A stretch of DNA of 64,000 bases from Eledone cirrhosa (GCA_964016885.1 OZ024753.1:39122001-39186000), one strand, 5' to 3'; shown: positions 44,451 through 60,051, counted from the first letter of the stretch. Numbers and translations are program-made. The notes: generated by a model from the sequence alone, not told the origin.

Positions 44451-44981
44451 ATACATATTGCAAATAAGGTGAAATGTTGAGCTATCTGCACGTTAATTCC
44501 ACCACCATGCTGTTTATTAGATCAAATCAACTGAAATACACTTCGTTTTAATAGTCAGGACGCCCAGCTTTATAAGATATGAACGTCCGAGAGTGAATTG
44601 ATTGGTCAGTCTATCAGTATGGCACATACGTTTGTTGGTATTCAATACCACTAACGTTATTGAAACCTCACTTACATAAATCATATCAAATGACCGAGTC
44701 ACACAAAATCTATCTGACTCTTAAATAATCAAGTATATTATTTTTCCAAGTGTGCTTTGGCACGTGACATGATGACACTAACGGATCAGAGTTCATGATC
44801 AACAGAAACCGGATATTGTAGGGTTTCTCGATGGAAACATACAAATCACGTGATTTTCATATATTCTTTAGTATTAAATAGTTTTCATAGAATTCTTGTT
44901 TTAACTCATTCCCATTTTAATTATATTTGATGTAACTTTATATTAGCTCTTAGGTGATATATATATATATATATATATATA

Positions 44982-45563
44982 TTTCGTTTCTGAATTTGTT
45001 TAGCAAGATTCTTTATCTGAAAACGTGTGTTGAAACCGATATTGTTATACTTTGGGAGGGTCATGTTGCCAATAAGAAACACACGCACCAGTTGCTTTCA
45101 CTTCAATTTATTATAATAAATTTATAAATTTAGGAATTTATAAATTTCCGGTTGGGTGGTTGGTTCCACAACCAGATGGTTGTTTATATAGTGTCAAAAT
45201 TCTTTCGTCACACATTCTGTGACCTCTTCAGTAACTGGGGATTCTTATCTTTGTTTTTTGTGCCTCTCCTGTGTTCTGTCCTACGCCATCTTGTTTTTTT
45301 TTTGGGGGGGGGGGGGGTTGTTGGCGTAGGACAGAACAATGGAGAGGCATAACAAACAAAGAAAAGAATCCCCAGTCACTGAAGAGGTCACAGAATGTGT
45401 GACGAAAGGACTTTGACAATATATAAACAACCATCTGGTTGTGGAACCAACCAACCGGAATTTATAAATTCCTAAATTTATAAATTTATTATAATAAATT
45501 GAATTGAAAGCAACTGGTGCGTGTGTTTCTTATTGGCAACATGACCCTCCCAAAGTATAACAA

Positions 45564-45565
<2 letters not shown>
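44982..45565. mobile_element. Family B fold-back: ~245-bp arms plus 58-bp tail in (TA)n
   Basis: Arms 45040-~45288 and ~45322-45565; tail 44982-45039. Confidence 0.9.
45374..45418 (+). ncRNA. Hammerhead-like motif (family B)
   Basis: gtca-CTGAAGA-g-GTCACA-gaatg-TGTGAC-GAAA-G-ga-C-TT|tgac; one extra G before stem II. Confidence 0.55.
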
Positions 45566-45613
<48 letters not shown>

Positions 45614-45784
45614 CTTTGATAACTTTGATAGGTTTCGGCCAGTATTGACCCAGGCCATGTCTAACTTAATAACACGATATATAATTATATACATACATAC
45701 ACAAGCACATATCTACAGTGCCGTTTGCTTGGTTATTTTCTGTTTACCTTTTACGTGCATACAGACACACACATGCACACATGC

Positions 45785-45817
<33 letters not shown>

Positions 45818-45833
45818 ATAATATATATATATA

Positions 45834-46089
45834 ATATAAGAACAAAAGATGGTTAAAAGAGTTTCACGTATTTTATTATGCGCATTTCAAAAACAAATAT
45901 CATCATGCAATAATATTGATATTTGTTTTTGATATTTGTTTTTGAAATGCGCATAATAAAATACATGGAACTCTTTTAACCATCTTTTGTTCTTATATAT
46001 TATGTATACTCAAGTCCTACAAACTGTAGAGTGCTTCTTATCCGATATCTGCATTGCTTTATTGTACTACAATAAAACTCACCTCCTAC

Positions 46090-46092
<3 letters not shown>
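45834..46092. mobile_element. Family D fold-back with tail
   Basis: Arms 45834-45901 and 45931-45998; tail to 46092. Confidence 0.85.
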
Positions 46093-46144
<52 letters not shown>

Positions 46145-46151
46145 AAAATAT

Positions 46152-46390
46152 AGTAATAATAATAAACTTGAAGACTAAAATCCAAAGAGGGCTCGATAAG
46201 GATAAATATATATCAAATATATAAGAACCGTAGAGCAAATATTTATTAAAATAACAGATTAAAGTTTAAGCAAAGAATCGCTGCTTTCACCCTTAACGGG
46301 ATCTTCTGAAACTAACAAAGTCAATCTGTGAACGCAGAAGTGGATATTTCAAAAAACGTTGCAACCGGAGGAAGACAGGAAGACGATACT
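46152..46390 (-). mobile_element. Family E element with full tail
   Basis: Matches 54618-54770 and the reverse complement of 2760-2910. Confidence 0.8.
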
Positions 46391-46678
46391 GTATGAAGAT
46401 ATAAATATCAAAATGACTAAAGGCCAGCCAGCGATTTGTACACAATGCTTGTCAGATGTTATACCCTCATCCCTGGTTATATTACAGGTATATTATAACA
46501 TAAGTATAGCTATAAAACACATCTTCATTTAGTCGATCATATCAACGCAAATACTTAATTCTGCAAGTCAGGTACTTATTTTATCGATCTCTCTTGTTTT
46601 CGAATGTTTTGTCGGAACGTAAACACACACACAGACACAAACATAGTTATTGACACTCACACGCACTCACACACACCC

Positions 46679-46724
<46 letters not shown>

Positions 46725-46883
46725 CTCTCTCTCTGTCTCCCTCTTTCTCTCTCTCTCTCTCTCTCTCGCCTTCTCTCTTTATATATATATATATATATAT
46801 ATATAAAGGCAAAATAGACCCTAGTGGGATTTGAACTGTGAAAGAAGAGAGCCGAAAGAAATACTGAAAAGTATTCCAACAAC

Positions 46884-47003
<120 letters not shown>

Positions 47004-47083
47004 GATATGTATATAAACAAACACATACATGTAAATATGTATGCATATATACATATAACATGTATATTTGTGGGTGTCTGTCT

Positions 47084-47204
<121 letters not shown>

Positions 47205-47260
47205 CGGATCTAGGTGTCGAAATAGTCGGAGCTCATCCAACTGACTCTTTTCCTATACAT

Positions 47261-47716
<456 letters not shown>

Positions 47717-47744
47717 GAATATATATATATATATATACATATAT

Positions 47745-47876
<132 letters not shown>

Positions 47877-47926
47877 ATATATATATGAATATATATATAT
47901 ATATATATGTATACACACACACACAC

Positions 47927-48029
<103 letters not shown>

Positions 48030-48046
48030 CACACACACAACACACA

Positions 48047-48086
<40 letters not shown>

Positions 48087-48416
48087 TATATATATATATA
48101 TATATACTGAAATGCTACTCACAACTGCCACTATCACTTCATGACGCTGATGAGATGCTGAGATGCTGAGATGCTGAGATGCTGTGATGCTGCTACTATT
48201 TCTGCAGCTGTTGTTGATACTGCAACCATTATTGCGCTGCTTGCTACTACTTCTACCACTCCTCTAGAACTTCAATACAGCGCTACCGACATTGCAAAAC
48301 TTTACGTAGTAGCACCGCTGTTTGATGTAGCTGTAACTTCGATTACAAACTATAAGCTTGTACCATAAATAAAATACACTAAATCAGCGTATATAATTGA
48401 CACACACATGCACACA

Positions 48417-49068
<652 letters not shown>

Positions 49069-49075
49069 GTATACA

Positions 49076-49107
<32 letters not shown>

Positions 49108-49114
<7 letters not shown>

Positions 49115-49274
49115 GGGCGCTGCGGAGTTGCAAATGGGTTACATATGAAAAAAGTTTGTCCTTCATTAGTGATCTTCCAAACATCATAGGCATTTCATTG
49201 CTTATGGTCTTTAAAGCGATGAAATGCCTATGATGGTTGGAAGATCACTGATGAAGGACAAACTTTTTTCATAT
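49108..49274. mobile_element. TA-bounded fold-back (~60-bp arms) with ~35-bp tail
   Basis: Arms 49143-49203 and ~49212-49274. Confidence 0.75.
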
Positions 49275-49632
49275 ATATATATATATATATATATGCATAT
49301 ATATATATATATATATATGCATATATATATATATATATATATATATGCTAATATAAATATCAAAATGACTAAAGGCCAGCCACCGATTTGTACACAATAC
49401 TTGTCAAATGTTATACCCTCATCCCCGGTTATATTACAGGTATATTATAACATAAGTATAGCTATAAAACACTTCTTCATTTAGTAGATCATATCAATGC
49501 AAATACTTAAATCTTCAAGTCAGGTACTTATTTTAACTTCAATTACAAACTATAAGCTTGTACCATAAATAAAATACACTAAATCAGAGTATATAATAGA
49601 TTCATTTGTTCCTAAAGTTGTGTGACACACCG

Positions 49633-49669
<37 letters not shown>

Positions 49670-49679
49670 GGACGTGTAG

Positions 49680-49834
49680 GCGCCACGGAAAAAAAGCACC
49701 CAGCACTCACTGTAAATGAGGTTGATGTTAGGAAGGGCATCCAGCTGTAGAAATCAAGCCAGAATCAGTTCCCGTCCCACCCTTGCAAGCAGGGAAAAGG
49801 GGACGTAAAATGAAATGATGAAATGGTGATGATG

Positions 49835-49835
<1 letters not shown>
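49680..49835 (+). mobile_element. 3' part of an octopus-type SINE
   Basis: gttaggaagggcatccagctgtagaaa ... ggacgtaaaatga..(TGA)n tail. Confidence 0.7.
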
Positions 49836-49865
<30 letters not shown>

Positions 49866-49867
<2 letters not shown>

Positions 49868-50031
49868 TATATATATGCAGAGGTTATATTTCATTTGTTG
49901 GGATTCAACAAGCTTAAAATCTTCATCTGATGAAAGCGCACCATAATTTGCCTTGGTTGCCCTTGAAATATGTATAATAAAATAAATATGGTTTTATATG
50001 TAAATATAGTTTCCATTTATTAATATATTGT
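49866..50031. mobile_element. Family A element; HHR at 49919-49984 (+), stem I weakened
   Basis: CTGATGA-AAG..CTT-GAAA-TATGTA-TA; inverted tail piece upstream. Confidence 0.75.
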
Positions 50032-50314
50032 ATATATATATATATATACACACACACACATATATATATACATATATATATTTTTTTTAAATAAAGAAAA
50101 CGTGTGTCACACAGCAGTACTGTTGGTACGGCTTGAAACTGCCAAAGCCCACCTCAACCGATGAACTTGGAGTTCTGTGTCTTTCGTTTGTATTTATTTT
50201 TTTAAAAATATTTTTAAAGGTTTTCCCCTTAAAACATTGGTTTTCGTTTTGCCTTTTTTTCCGTTCGCTGTCTTGTTAATTTTCGTACGCTAATATATAT
50301 ATATATATATATAT

Positions 50315-50685
50315 AAGCAAAAGGGATATTCAATTTGTTAGTAATTCAACAAATATAAATGTTTATAACTGATTCAGAGCACTCCACAAGTTTAATTATT
50401 TAAATTCTGCATAGCGTCTAAAACAACGTTTTTTCAGCCCTATACCTCAACCTCATTTGCATACTCATAATTTGAAATATCTGACTTTTCTTCTCTTTCC
50501 CTTCACTATCCCAGAAAAACTTGAACCGTTAAGGTATCTTTTCTTGGTTATGTCAAAATTTATAAAACAAACTTTGTATTTTATCTGATGAAAGCGTACC
50601 AAAGTTTTGATACCCTTCAAATATATATAATAGAATAAATATTGTTTTATAAATATAGTTTTCATTTATTTAATATCATTGAGTA
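50315..50685. mobile_element. Family A-related element; HHR at 50577-50637 with GAAA changed to CAAA
   Basis: tattttat-CTGATGA-AAG..CTT-CAAA-TATATA-TA|atagaata. Confidence 0.7.
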
Positions 50686-50696
50686 TATATATATAT

Positions 50697-50825
50697 GAAA
50701 GTGTGGTAAGATACCAGGTCGATCATAACGCACCAGAGTACTCAATACTTAGGGTAGTAGTGTGGGTAATAGATCTAGCTGTCTAAACGACCGGAGCTCA
50801 GCCGTCGGGTCCTGATTCTTTTCCT
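50697..50825. mobile_element. Family C element
   Basis: Same tail plus short arm layout as 41738-41869. Confidence 0.8.
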
Positions 50826-50847
50826 ACACACACACACACACACATGA

Positions 50848-51050
50848 GGAACGATCGACTTTCGTCAAATCGGACCGTCAAATTGGTCTTTCCAATTGCT
50901 AATACTATCTATCGGTCGCAACTCCAGGTAGAAGGAGCAACGTGAAATAAAGTGTCTTGCTCAAGGACATAACGCATCGCCTTGTCCAGGAATCGAACAC
51001 ACAACCTTACAATTGCGAATCCAATTCTCTAACCACTCAGCCACACGCCT
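50848..51050 (-). mobile_element. tRNA-Arg/CORE-like SINE
   Basis: Reverse complement of 42162-42375 with a small deletion. Confidence 0.88.
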
Positions 51051-51087
51051 TCACTAATATATACACACATATATATATATATATATA

Positions 51088-51275
51088 TAACGAAGGAAAT
51101 GTGGTAAGGAACCAGGTGGACCATAACGCACCAAAGTACTCAATACTTAGGGTAGTAGAGTGGGTAATAGGAACGAGTAGGACCCCGACGGCTGAGCTCA
51201 AGCCGTTTCGACGGCTAATTCTGGACAGAATTAGCCGTCGAAACGGCTTGAGCTCAGCCGTCGGGGTCCTACTCG

Positions 51276-51280
<5 letters not shown>
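51088..51280. mobile_element. Family C fold-back: perfect 55-bp arms, 2-nt spacer, ~80-bp tail
   Basis: 51169-51223 is the exact reverse complement of 51226-51280. Confidence 0.9.
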
Positions 51281-51354
<74 letters not shown>

Positions 51355-51459
51355 ATAAAAAATATATATAGATAATAAAGGAAACAAAATAAGCACAAGG
51401 ATGCAAAAATTCAGTTATATCTTCGGTGTTACTGTTACTATGCACGTGTGGCGCGTGTG

Positions 51460-52680
51460 TCTGTGCGTCTGTGTGTGCCTCTTTGTGTATATGCGCCTGT
51501 GTGTGCCTGTGTGTGTGTATGAGCCTGTGTGTGTATCTGCGCCTGTATGTGCCTGTGTGTGTGTATGAGCCTGTGTGTGTATCTGCGCCTGTATGTGCCT
51601 GTGTGTGTGTATGAGCCTGTATGTGTATATGCGCCTGTGTGTGTGCCTGTGTTTGTGTATGTGCCTGTGTGTGTATATGCGCCTGTGTGTACCTGTGTGT
51701 GTGTATGAGCCTCTGTGTGTATATGCTCCTGTGTGTGTGTATGTGCCTGTGTTTGTATATGAGCCTGTGTGTGTGTGTATGAGCCTGTGTGTGTATATGC
51801 GCCTGTGTGTGTGTATGGGCCTGTGTGTGTATATGCGCCTGTGTGTGTGTATGTGCCTGTGTTTGTATATGAGCCTGTGTGTGTGTGTGTGTATGAGCCT
51901 GTGTGTGTATATGCGCCTGTGTGTGTGTATGAGCCTGTGTGTGTATATGCGTCTGTGTGTGCCTGTGTGTGTGTATGAGCCTGTGTGTGTATATGCGCCT
52001 GTGTGTGTGTATGAGCCTGTGTGTGTATATGCGCCTGTGTGTGTGTATATGCCTGTGTTTGTATATGAGCCTGTGTGTGTGTGTGTGTATGAGCCTGTGT
52101 GTGTATATGCGCCTGTGTGTGCCTGTGTGTGTGTATGTGCCTGTGTGTATATATGAGCCTGTGTGTGCCTGTGTGTGTGAATGAGCCTGTGTGTGTATAT
52201 GCGCCTGTGTGTGCCTGTGTGTGTGTATGAGCCTGTGTGTGTATATGCGCCTGTGTGTGCCTGTGTGTGTGTATGAGCCTGTGTGTGTGTATGAGCCTGT
52301 GTGTGTATATGCGCCTGTGTGTGTGAATGAGCCTGTGTGTGTATATGCGCCTGTGTGTGCCTGTGTGTGTGTATGATCCTGTGTGTGTGTGTATGAGCCT
52401 GTGTGTGTATATGCGCCTGTGTGTGTGTATGAGCCTGTGTGTGTATATGCGCCTGTGTGTGTATATGCGCCTGTGTGTGTGTATGTGCCTGTGTGTGTAT
52501 ATGCGCCTGTGTGTGCCTGTGTGTGTGTATGAGCCTGTGTGTGTGTGTATGAGCCTGTGTTATGTATATGCGCCTGTGTGTGTATATGCGCCTGTGTGTG
52601 TATATGCGCCTGTGTGTGTATATGCGCCTGTGTGTGTGTATGTGCCTGTGTGTGTGTATGAGCCTGTGTGTGTGTGTGTG
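51460..52680 (+). repeat. gcct(gt)n-atga/atatgc minisatellite
   Basis: Read directly; source of HTQAH ORFs. Confidence 0.95.
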
Positions 52681-53571
52681 AAGTAGACATGCTACTGCTA
52701 CTTTTTCAGGGAGGTTTAAATACAACATCAATCCTGCCGACACTAACGAATCACGGTGTAGTTATTTGTTGATATCCTTGCAACCGCTACTACACGCAAC
52801 TGCTACTACATCGGTAATTATATCCAACAGTAACTTTTATAATCAAATAAGAATTTCTCTGTGTGTGTGTCCGTATTGCTTTCTAGCTTCGGCTTCGGCA
52901 AATATAAGTATTTACTTAAGTAATAAAGTAAATAAACCGCAACATCAAATTTGTCTCTGCTTGGTCATTTCCTTTTTCCGACACGAAAGAAGTTTTGCTT
53001 TTTAATTGTAAGCGATTCGCTACCTTGCAGCCCCATAGATCGGCGTTCCTTAACGTTTTTACCCTTCTGCAATCCTTAAAATAGTTTTCATGTCTCAAGG
53101 ATCCCCAGCATAAAAACTATTATAATGAAAGGCCTATATTATAAAGTCCAAAAACGTTTGTTTTATTTGAAGATTGTTACGAGTTCGAATCTCATAGAAG
53201 CAGTTGAGTTTATTTACTTCAAACATACCCGTGGTTATTACAAGTTCATATAACATCTTTGCTTGATTAACGTGAGAAAGGGCCATCATTTTATGGCGAA
53301 TTGTATTAAAGTAAATATCCACTAGGCGAGTTCATGTAATTCACATATCAAAATGTAATCTTCAGTTTTCGAATATTTGTATACAATGATAGATATGTTA
53401 TGAACCAGATTTACGTATATTTAAGGTAAAGGCTTTATAAACTCCCGATAGGGGCGTAGGGTTGCTATCCGGACACATAGAGTACCTCAAAGTTTGAAAT
53501 CTGGGGGACCCCGTCCCTCTCCACTTCGGAAACCAGCCGATTTCTTCCATATATACATACACACACACAGA

Positions 53572-53651
<80 letters not shown>

Positions 53652-53679
53652 CATATGTATATATATATATATATTTATA

Positions 53680-53758
<79 letters not shown>

Positions 53759-53787
53759 TTATATACATATATATATATACATATATA

Positions 53788-53860
<73 letters not shown>

Positions 53861-53863
53861 GTA

Positions 53864-53905
<42 letters not shown>

Positions 53906-54007
53906 TATATACATATATATATATATATATATTTATATATATCTATATATACATACATATATATATATATAAAAATATACATATATATATATATATATTT
54001 ATATATA

Positions 54008-54054
<47 letters not shown>

Positions 54055-54288
54055 GAGAGAGAGGGTGAGAGATAGAGGGGGGGGGAGAGAGGGAGAGAGA
54101 TGGGGGAGAATCAGCCCCAGTACTTCACTGGTACTTATCGATCCCGAAGGAATGAAAGGCAAGTTTGATCACGGTAAGATTTAAATAATGGTGAAGTGAG
54201 CCAGAGCGATTGCCCTGACAACTTTCACCGACGTCACTAACCACACTGTCAATCCACCTCCTTAGAAACACACACTCTTATTATACTA

Positions 54289-54316
54289 CTAGCAGAATGG
54301 CCCGGCGTTGCTCGGG
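54289..54316 (-). mobile_element. Helitron-type 3' terminus
   Basis: Minus strand CCCG-agcaacgc-CGGG hairpin, 8 nt, CTAG, then T. Confidence 0.65.
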
Positions 54317-54433
54317 ATTTGCTCTAGGGTTCTTATATATTTGATATATATTTATCGTTATCGAGTCTCGTGAAATAAATACGTTTGTTTAAATTTTGTT
54401 TAGTGTATACAAAAATATCTGTACACGAATATA

Positions 54434-54476
<43 letters not shown>

Positions 54477-54514
54477 ATAATAATAAATTTCCATAATTTT
54501 CATATATATATATG

Positions 54515-54910
<396 letters not shown>

Positions 54911-55217
54911 ACTATATATATATACGCACACGCACATATACATATATATATACACACGCACACATTTAACGACGTCATAATGTCGTAATGCAGACAGCCA
55001 GATATACAGACAGATATTATAAGGGTCGATAAAATAACGTACCAGTAATGTACTGGGTTATTGCTGGCCTTGTGCCTAAAGTATAAACAATTATAAGGGC
55101 GCAACGATATATCTACGTATCTATCTAAAAAGAAAGACTAAGAATTATAGAGAGAGATCGCTAAATCGCCTACTGTTTTAGATATATAGATAACTTTAAT
55201 ATATCTTATAGAATAAC

Positions 55218-55404
55218 TGTTTCTATTTTAGGCACAAGGCCAGCAATTACCCAGAACATTGCTGGTACTTTATTTTATCGACCCCGTAAGGATGAAAGGC
55301 AAAGTTAACCTCGGCGGGATTTGAACTCAGATCCAAAAGGGACGTAACTCTATGCTGCAAAGCATGGTGCCCGACTCTCTACCGATACTGCCAATCCACT
55401 GCCT
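55218..55404 (-). mobile_element. Nin/Deu-like SINE with >=14-bp TSD
   Basis: TCTTATAGAATAAC at 55204-55217 and 55413-55426. Confidence 0.9.
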
Positions 55405-55557
55405 TATATATCTCTTATAGAATAACACTCTACCGTTTATCAGTACTAACACGGACTGTGACAGCTATTTGCCGTATGTTACTTCTATTATTACTGCTAT
55501 TGTATATGTAGCCGTGTCCCCCACACTTATGTTAGGATAGTTTAGATAAGCGTAAAT

Positions 55558-55751
55558 CAGTCCTGCCAACGTTTAAAAACCTCAAGGGGAGTACCATGAG
55601 AAAAAGTGCCCCAAAACGGGAAAAAATGAGGCAAAATGGGGAGATTTTACATGATGTAAGCTATATCCATTTTCACAAGAGAAGGCATCTCTCACCCACC
55701 CCAAAGGCTATTGCAAATTCCCCCGTCGGACTGTGAGAGTTGACAGGTTTG
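55558..55751. mobile_element. MITE with 13-bp imperfect TIRs and 6-bp TSD
   Basis: GTAAAT-cagtcctgccaac ... gttgacaggtttg-GTAAAT. Confidence 0.6.
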
Positions 55752-55874
55752 GTAAATAAATAAAAATCTCTCGTTTAGGTACTGTATTCTATCGTATTTA
55801 AGAAACATATACAACTAGTGATTGATACTTGGTTATGAACATGGAACTACGTACAGTATTTATTCATCACCTGA

Positions 55875-55983
55875 GTTCAAATCCCGTCGAGGTTGACTTT
55901 GCCTTTCATCCTTACGGGGTCGATAAAATAAAGTACTAGTAATGCACTGGGTAATTGCTGGCCTTGTGCCTAAAGTAGAAACA
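55875..55983 (+). mobile_element. 5'-truncated Nin/Deu-like SINE with 20-bp flanking direct repeat
   Basis: AGTATTTATTCATCACCTGA at 55855-55874 and 55984-56003. Confidence 0.9.
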
Positions 55984-56514
55984 AGTATTTATTCATCACC
56001 TGAAACTCAGGTCTTGGCCAGGTCCCATATTTGACTAACGGAAATATCTGTTGAAGGGCGTCTTGTACAATGTTTTGTAGTATTCACTTTGGCTTTCATC
56101 GATCTCATATCAAATGCTGCCGAGGTCCTTGTTTCCTCTTTTTCAGGTTTATATATAAAGTACCAGCCCATTACTAGACTCAAGGTTTCCTCTACATATT
56201 TTTCGCTCTCTTTTTCTCCCCTCTCTCTTTCTTATTCTAATTCTCAGTATGTATTTCTGTCTCGTGAAGATATCGGTTATGTTCAGACAGACCTGCTAAA
56301 GGATAAGTTCCCCCAGTTTTACATGCCCTCTACATTGCCCCTACCACTAAAACTGGTGTTAAGGGTTCAAGAATGACACTAATGGCAGAGTCGGTCAAGT
56401 AGATTAAACATTCTTCATTCTGGCAGCTAGATTCTAAAGTGATCTTCTCATTGTAGTTTTAGCGGGTTGTTCTGTATTTTCTATTCATCAAATTCCCCTC
56501 GTTGGTCAGCTCGT

Positions 56515-56612
56515 GACTATAGTAGAACACACACTTGTCTAAGTTGCTGTGCAGTGTGACTGAACCTAGAAACATGTGGTTGTATAGCAAGCTCTTTTAC
56601 CACATACCCATG
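56515..56612 (-). mobile_element. 5' part of another octopus-type tRNA-derived SINE
   Basis: Minus strand gtggtaaaagagcttgct..aaccacatg..ggttcagtc..caagtgtgttctactatag. Confidence 0.6.
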
Positions 56613-57348
56613 GTTTTAATATACATATTACTGTCACATAAAATACAATTTCTTCAACACTGGAAATTTATTTGTATGTTTGTATTGCTAACTCTACTGT
56701 CACAATATATATTGAAGCAACACATGAAAATGTTTTATTCTGCAAACGATTTGATGGCGGGGTTCACTATCACTCGGAAACTACGCTTCCGATTTTATTT
56801 CATCAACCATTACCAAAAATGTATTTGACAAGTTTCTACTAAAGGGTAGCTGAAATATTGCAAAAAACAATGTAGGAAAACAAACATAGAAACAAACAGT
56901 GAAAATGTAAAAAAAAAATAAAATAAGAGTAAAATAAAATTATATAAAAAAAACTCAAAAATGCGTCTGAATTAATAAGATACATGATATAAAGATTGGT
57001 GATAACCCGAAGGGGAACATGTCAGGATTGTGCTTTTTCCTGAGAAGAATATAAAAATCCATGTCAATTGATGGATAAATTCTTGTTTGATTTAGTCTGA
57101 CATTGTGAAATATACTGAGATATAATGTGATATACAAAGATATACAACGATATACAGTGATATAACAGTGATATTTAAATACCTTTCATTGCATATCTCC
57201 TAATATCTGGCTGGGTTTATCAGACATGTGCATAAAAATACATAAAAATATTTACTATAGTAGTTCTGATGTGAGTACTTCGACAGAAGCACTTATATAA
57301 AATCAAGAGGTTTTTGTCAACAGTTTGAAGTATTATTTTGTGTATCGT

Positions 57349-57796
57349 AAGGGCGGTAGATTGGCAGTATCAGTAGAGAGTCGGACACCATGCTTTGCAG
57401 CATAGAGTTACGGTCTGAGTTCAAATCCCGCCGAGGTTAACTTTGCCTTTCATCCTTACGGGGTCGATAAAATAAAGTACCAGTAACGTACTGGGGTCGA
57501 TCTAATCGACTTTCCCCATCCCCTTAAAAAAATTGCTGGCCTTGTGCCTAAAGTAGAAACGATTATTTTGCGTATCGTGAGGACGGTAGATTTGCATAAT
57601 TGGTAGAGCGTAGCACACCATGCTGTGCAGCATAGAGTTATAGCTCTCTACATTCTAAGTTGAAATACCATCGAGGTTAGCTTTGCATTTCATCCTTACT
57701 GGATCAATAAAATAAAGCACCAGTAATGCCCTGGGGTCGATTTAATCGATTTTCCTCTCCCCTAAAATTGCTGGTCTTGTGCTTAAAGTAGAAACA
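57349..57796 (+). mobile_element. Two tandem full-length Nin/Deu-like SINEs delimited by three copies of a 17-bp TSD
   Basis: ATTATTTTG(T/C)GTATCGT at 57332, 57562, 57797. Confidence 0.9.
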
Positions 57797-58339
57797 ATTA
57801 TTTTGTGTATCGTCAGCAACTTTAGTCGACTCTGGATAAAATACCAACCATGTTTTAAATTGTCCAAGATCAGCCGTGTATGAAAACGGAGCTATCTGAC
57901 TACGTCAGGAGTTCTGAGCCCATGCATGTATGTAGGTTTCGAACAAGGCTGACCTTGGGTTAAACAACAACAAAATTATCTAAAATAAAGGATTAGTGTA
58001 TTAATCAAACGAATCAAATATTTGGAGCAAGACTTAAAGAAATAATAGCTATAAAGACTAAAAAGGAGAAGAAAAAAAGATATTTCTTAGAATATTATAT
58101 TTCAGTGTAGTTTAGAACACTTTAAGAAATAGCTGTCTATTTATGCAATGGCATGAAGATATTGATTTTTTTCATTATTCTTTCGGTGTATCTCAAATCA
58201 GTTGAATACTTTACAATTGTAGAGGAAGAGCTTGATTATTAGATAAATGTGTTGGACTTTCTACGAGAAAAAATTGTAGTCAGTGAATAGTGAATCGGTA
58301 GAGCTAACATCTATTCAGTATTGTCTTAATATCTGGTGT

Positions 58340-58650
58340 AAAGACGCCGTGGCTTATTGCTTAGGTTGTATGTTCAGTCCAAGATCGTAAAATCATAATT
58401 TCGACTCCCGGCTGTGTGGAGTGTCCCCTCGCAAGATGCAAGATATTTTGTTTCGCGTTGCTCCAGTTCACATAGATGGTAAAAATGGTATGTACCTGTG
58501 ATTAAAAAACTAAGCTTTGTCACCCTGAATCTCTATGAGAAACTACACTAAGGGCGCATGTATCTGTGGAATGCTTAGTCACTTGCACATTGACTTCACG
58601 AGCAGGTTGTTCCATTGATAAAAACAATTGGAACATCTGTCGTAGGTCAT
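58340..58650 (+). mobile_element. Diverged CORE-like SINE with long body
   Basis: tRNA-like head, gttgctccag, ctgaatctc..gagaaactac, cacttgcac..ttcacgagcagg. Confidence 0.65.
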
Positions 58651-59864
58651 AACAATATATATACAACCCCCCCACACACACACACATACACATACTCACA
58701 CCCACATACACACACACACACTCACATACACACACACACACACACATGCACAGGCTTTCCAATCATTACGTCCCGGGTTTCATCACACTTTAAGGCATGT
58801 CAAGCAAGTGTCATTTACCCCAGCTTCACGTCATTCCGTGCCTTGAAAATGAAGTTAGGTAAATGGAATCTGTTTGAAAGCCTAAATAATAGTCTAAAAG
58901 TCTGAAGTCTGTCTCGAGCCATGAAACTCTTCAGGCCGACGCTTATCCAGATTTCTGAGGCCTAAAGCGACTCGGAGTACAAGGTTCCACCCGATGGACA
59001 GGACACCGAGCATCGCAGGCTTAAACCCCCACCTATTGGTGGTTTAAGGTACTTTATTTTACATTGCTTCAATCAATTCAACTGAAAGAAAATATGGTTG
59101 TGCCTGTAGCTCAATGGCGCAGCCTTTTCATACACAGTTTCACGTTGATCCCCACCGAGAACTTCTCTATGGGTGCACGTGTCTTTGGAATGTTAGGTTA
59201 CCTGTACGTTGATTTCATATTTCACAACTAGGCATTTCCGTTCATCAAACAACTTGAACACTCATCTTTGGATCAGATGGAGCCAACACCCCCACTCCCA
59301 CCCCCGCCACCAACAACAACAACAACAACAACAACACCAAGAACAATAACAGCAACAACAAAATTCCTCTTTCCATTTCGTAGATAACATTTATACGTTA
59401 CGAACCCTTTCTCAGCCTGTCGACTTTGATTTTCATTTCTGCAGGGATCTTTTATATAATTGCCAATATTAAACTGTGGGTCGCTTCAATAAGCTATGTC
59501 TTTATCCTATGATAAACCATCCATGTAAAGATATTTATTGGTTCCTCTGTGTGAACAACTAAGCATGCTGAGTGCCCAGAATATTAGAGTATCTACAGAG
59601 AGATATTATATGGTCGGTGTTGTAATATGTTCTATGGCAAAGTGGTGCTCACATTATGAATATCAAAACAGCAGCAAAGTGGAATTATAAAACTTGATGA
59701 TGCTCCTTTAATACATAACATAGACTTCTCGTAACACGCAGCCACCTCACTAACATATATGTACATGTGTGTCTTATATAACTGGCACTCTCCATCTGTG
59801 TGTGCATGTTTATACATACACACACATGTACATACACACACACACACACTCACATATGCATATG

Positions 59865-59941
<77 letters not shown>

Positions 59942-60006
59942 TGAAAATCATACATAATATACTCACATATATATATGTGTGAATGCTTGCATATATATAT
60001 GTACAC

Positions 60007-60051
<45 letters not shown>

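Noticed and set aside
56835-57265. DNA transposon with ctact(a/t) termini
   Set aside because: The inverted match is too short and there is no convincing TSD.
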